A stretch of 64,000 bases of DNA from Nemertoderma westbladi (Eukaryota > Animalia > Xenacoelomorpha). Positions within the stretch are counted from its first letter, which is position 1. The number at the start of each line of letters is the position of its first letter. Position numbers and translations under genes: made by a program. The notes beneath the pieces are model-generated. The model was not told the origin of the DNA. It saw only the letters and a program-made list of their open reading frames with translations, and ran no database searches. Below are positions 60,101 through 64,000 of the stretch, piece by piece. The stretch covers positions 29,916 through 93,915 of the forward strand of contig JAUCBJ010001863.1 in assembly GCA_032718475.1 (NCBI GenBank), in the 5' to 3' direction.

Positions 60101-61878
60101 TGCCACCAGTGGAGCCGTTTAAATTCAATGGAAGCAGACCGGAAGAATACCTACAATTCCGACGCATGTACAGTAATGAAATATTAACTAAGAATCAGAC
60201 GCAGGCGGAGTGCCTAAAATATTTACAAGTTTACACAGGGGGCCCAGCGTACGATATCGTGAGGCAGTATCAAGGTATCGAGGGTGGCTTCACGACTGCA
60301 TGGCGGACCCTAGACAGGGAATACGGACACCCTGCCAAGATCATTCGGCAGGCCTTGAGGGGAATAACATCGGGTGGCCTACAGGATAACCCTGTCAGTA
60401 TAAAGACTTTCGCGAATAAGGTCGAGAAGGCGCTAATCGTGCTAAAGACCTTGGATGCGCCATACGAACTCAACGCATCAAATAACATCACCACGATAGC
60501 GCAGGCACTGCCAATCTGGCTAAGAAACAAATGGAGGAAGATCGCCTTCTCCACCCGGGAGAAGAAAGGTGCGGAACCGGGCCTAGAGGAAATGTCGAAC
60601 TTCCTCAATTACGAAGCGGAGTTGATTACAGACCCAGTCTTTAGTGAGGATAGTTTGGGGAAGGCGCTGAAGACCGAATACAACAGGCCTAAACCCGGAC
60701 ATAATCCGGCAGATGCATTCCCGAGAGTGAGACAGTCGCTACCATATGCGGCCACGCAGGGGACGACAAGTCCACAGTTAGCTGGGAGTAGGGCCACACC
60801 GTGGCAGGGACAGAAACAAAATAACAACATGATCCCAACATACACAGTAGGCCGAGTCCAAATAACCAAAACACTAAACCGGTGGATATGAATCTACACG
60901 CAATACGTGAAGGGCTATACAGGGAGCGCTACAATCCAGGATATGAATGTCAATTGCATAGGGATGGAACCCATAAGACCATGAGTTGTAAACGTTGGCA
61001 AGCGTTGCCTAAACAAGATCGTGTAGCCTACGCGGATACAAACGGACTGTCATTGATGCGTGGTAGACGGACACAGATTCGGAGAGTGTAGAGAAACAGC
61101 GATAGGATACGATGAGACTGGAGGCCAAACTATGGCTACGAGCACGGCAGGAACAAGGAGAAAGAGGAAAGTACTACTCGGGGTAGTACCAGTGAGGATA
61201 ACAGGAAAGGGCGGCTGATCAGTCACAACATTGATGCTGGTCTACAGAGGAGCAGCCTTCATGCTGGTGGAGAATTGGGTGGCCGAGGAGATAGGGTTAC
61301 AAACGAGGCCGAGTAGGATGGCAGTAACTACTATCTCAAGCAAGGATGAGGTCCTGGAGATGAGAACAGGATGGTGCGAGATATCAGCAATAGCACCAGG
61401 ATGTGATTATTGGGCGACCATCGACCCCATACAGATAATAGAATCGATTAATATAAGCGCCAGGCGACCCCCAAGGATCGAGGTCGAGCAATACCGGTTC
61501 CTGGACGATATTGATTTCTCAATACCAGAAGTGGACGTCTCGAAGGTATCCATCATAGTCGGAATGGATTGTCCGACGGCCCCCGAGAGAGTACGGACCA
61601 TATTCGGAGAGAATAAGCAGCAGGATCCGACGGCGATTCTCACGCCGTTCGGATGGACGCTTAGCGGCCCAATTAAAACCAAGGTTCCACTCAGGGTGTC
61701 GGAGACATCAGGGTGCATGCTACCAGGCACTATTAAGGACGTAGAGGAGAAACCAGAGACGGGCGATGGAGAGGTCCCATGTGAGAAGCGGCCCGGGAAA
61801 GGATACCAGGAGTTGTGTATGGATCTGGAACCACGCATAGTGGAGCGTAGCGAAAGGATAGAGGATAGTTCCAGATGA
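57141..61878 (+). pseudogene. Fragmented Bel/Pao gag-protease
   Basis: Coiled-coil pieces (57884-58442); DUF1759-like ELPPVEPFKFNG..YLQF...LKYLQVYTGG...AWRTLDREYG...LPIWLRNKW (60031-60891); CQLHRDGTHKTMSC; VSIIVGMD...ILTPFGWTLSGP. Multiple stops and frameshifts. Confidence 0.8.
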
Positions 61879-62689
61879 ATACCGTCAGTAGATGAATTAG
61901 GAGGGGAAGCTACAGCAAGATAGTGGGCGGAAGAGAATGGATTCGACGCGGAAGACTTAGAGACGATGGGATGGAACAAGGATGTTCCCGGCAACTATTG
62001 GTATGAGGATGGAGAAGTGTGGATGGCAAGATGTCCGGAGAAGTGTCCGCCGGTCCGGTTGAGAGGCCTACCGAAAAGGGGGAGGTCAAATAAGAAGACA
62101 GGGTGGAAAGGGATAGGATTACTATTACCCATTCTGTTTTATCTATTCTTTCGATTTCTTTTCATTCTACCGCCAGGTGACAACAAGATGAAGGGTGGCA
62201 TTTTGCTGCCAGAGGACCATGAGGAAATCAAAAAGGCGACCGAAAGACCCGATTTTAGGGTGGTGGAGGAGGGAGAATCAATTCCTAGAGAGTTGGAATT
62301 GGCAAGGAGGGTGTGGTGAAGGATAAGAGGACCTACAGGGGGCAGTGGGAGAGTGCCTGCTGGAAGAATCGCCCTTGAAGTTTAGTCGTCCAATATGTTG
62401 GACTGAGGGGGGTGGGAATGAGGGCGAGACGCCCTTCACACACATAAATAAAATATAAATAATAAAAAATAATAGAGTAAGAAGTGAGATAGTAGAAAGT
62501 TCGAAAGTAATAGTAGTAGATAGTAGGTAGCACTAGTTAGAAGTTAGTAACAGTTAGTAAGAAGTAAGGAGTTAGAAAGTTAGTAGAAGTTAGTTAGAGT
62601 AAGAGGAGAGTTAGAAGTTAGAAGTTAGTGAGAGTAAGAGGAGAATTAAGTTAGAGATTAGGGAGTGTGGCATAGAGATAGACATACCA

Positions 62690-63075
62690 CGAGAGTAGTA
62701 GTAGGGTACATAGTACTGAGAGAGTTAGGGGTTGCGGGCACCGAAAGCGCCACGTAGTAAGAGAGTAGAGGGTATGGTATGTAGGTATACCATAGAAGTA
62801 GTAGCAGAGGGGTTGTGGGCACTGAAAGCACCACATAGTAAGAGAGTAGAGGGTATGGTATGTAGGTATACCATAGAGGTAGTAGCAAAGGGGTTGTGGG
62901 CACCGAAAGCGCCACGTAGAAAGAGAGTGAAGGGTGTGGTATGTAGGTATACCATAGTAGCAATATTAGGGTACATAGTACCATAGAAGTTAGAAGTTGT
63001 GGCCACCGAGAGCGCCACGTAGTAAGAAAGTAAAGGGTATGTGGGAAAACCATAGTAGTAGTAGGGTACATAGTA
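62690..63075 (+). repeat. ~81-bp tandem repeats (3-4 copies) in the second Bel/Pao element
   Basis: GGGTTG(C/T)GGGCAC(C/T)GAAAGC(G/A)CCAC.TAG..AGAGAGT..AGGGT.TGGTATGTAGGTATACCATAG at ~62728, ~62809 and ~62890, with a partial copy at ~62995. Confidence 0.85.
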
Positions 63076-64000
63076 AGAAGGAAGTAGAAAGGTAGATAGG
63101 ATAATAGCACAGGCAGGGGGGGAACATAAATAAAATAAAACTAAGAAAAATTGGCACTTTGGGGGTGATAGAATACACAGGACATTGTGGAGCAGTGGGG
63201 ATGGGCCAGCTCATGGGCCTTGTCTGCCACAAGCCGATGGACTGGGGCAAGTTCCGGGAGGAGCACGGAGCGGGCACGGGACATAGTGAAGCAGTGGCGA
63301 TGGGCCAGCTCATGGAGCTTGTCTGCCACAAGCCGATGGACTGGGGTAAGTTCCGGGAGGAGCACGGATCAGAGCTGGCGAACTCGCTGAAGTGGGGAGC
63401 AAGGCCAGGGAAACAGGAGGTGTATCAGTTCCGGAGAGGAGCGATAAAGATATATCAGAAGAGATATATCCTACAGGAGGATTGGATAATGATTGGTCTA
63501 CTAAACCTATGGTGGTTATCGGAAGAGAGCCGACGGCGTTTCTGCTATCAGGATCACCTCTAAACTACAGAAGAACCTTTAAGGCGGCCTTCGAAGGTCT
63601 GGTAGACCACCCGGGGCTGAAGGGCGAGTCGGTGTAATACAACAGCCGGCACCTAGTAGACAGAGAGGTGGATACACCATACAAGAGATGGGAGAAGCTG
63701 GAAGTGGATTGACTTGAGGAGAAGCGACTGGAAGAAGTCGCCAGGCGAGAAAGGAGGGAGGCAGATGAGAGAGAGGCGGAGGCTAGGGGAGAGGATTACG
63801 GGTTCGAGGCCCAGAACTTGGACGAGCTGAGGTGGGGATCAGGGTGCTCGGGCGAGTTTCTGGGGGAGGAGCTAGGATGGATGGAAGAATCGCCGAAATA
63901 GTCGACATCAGGATTGCAAGCGATGCCCATGCCAGCGGGCTCTGAGGGCGATTTCGTGAGAAAGAGACCGAGAGAACAGGAAGGATGGAAAGTTATGGGT

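Larger units (their letters stand above)
56504..64000 (+). mobile_element. Second, decayed and internally deleted Bel/Pao element, continuing beyond the window
   Basis: Probable LTR starts TGTTGGGG at 56504 (end uncertain, AACA at 56906 or CAACA at 56978). Fragmented gag from 57141; Zn-knuckle and protease remnants to 61878; no RT or integrase motifs afterwards. Confidence 0.7.

Overview
AT-rich eukaryotic (probably invertebrate) genomic DNA dominated by repeats. It holds one clear host gene: a 5-exon secreted coiled-coil plus fibrinogen-domain (FReD) protein on the minus strand, 14865-18931. There is also a lone signal-peptide exon, several MITE-like elements and minisatellites, and a 10-kb satellite array of ~416-bp units. 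The centrepiece is a young 14.3-kb Bel/Pao LTR retrotransposon (33530-47811) with 1612-bp LTRs that look identical. It is unusual in four ways. (i) An intact 866-aa third ORF sits in the env position and encodes a WRN/EXD-like DEDDy 3'-5' exonuclease fold with altered catalytic motifs plus CCHC zinc knuckles, instead of an envelope protein. (ii) It has no tRNA primer-binding site; instead a 13-nt post-LTR sequence is perfectly complementary to the LTR's predicted transcript start, as in Tf1-type self-priming. (iii) Each LTR carries six UUCG-capped, kink-turn-like hairpins. (iv) A 27-nt piece of ORF3 is repeated inside the LTR. Downstream lie an SLX1-like GIY-YIG relic, a 5'-truncated APE-RT LINE whose ORF1 carries a Ulp1/SENP protease and which is flanked by a 242-bp duplication, and a second, decayed Bel/Pao element running off the window end. 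All family assignments come from motif recognition by eye; no database searches were run.
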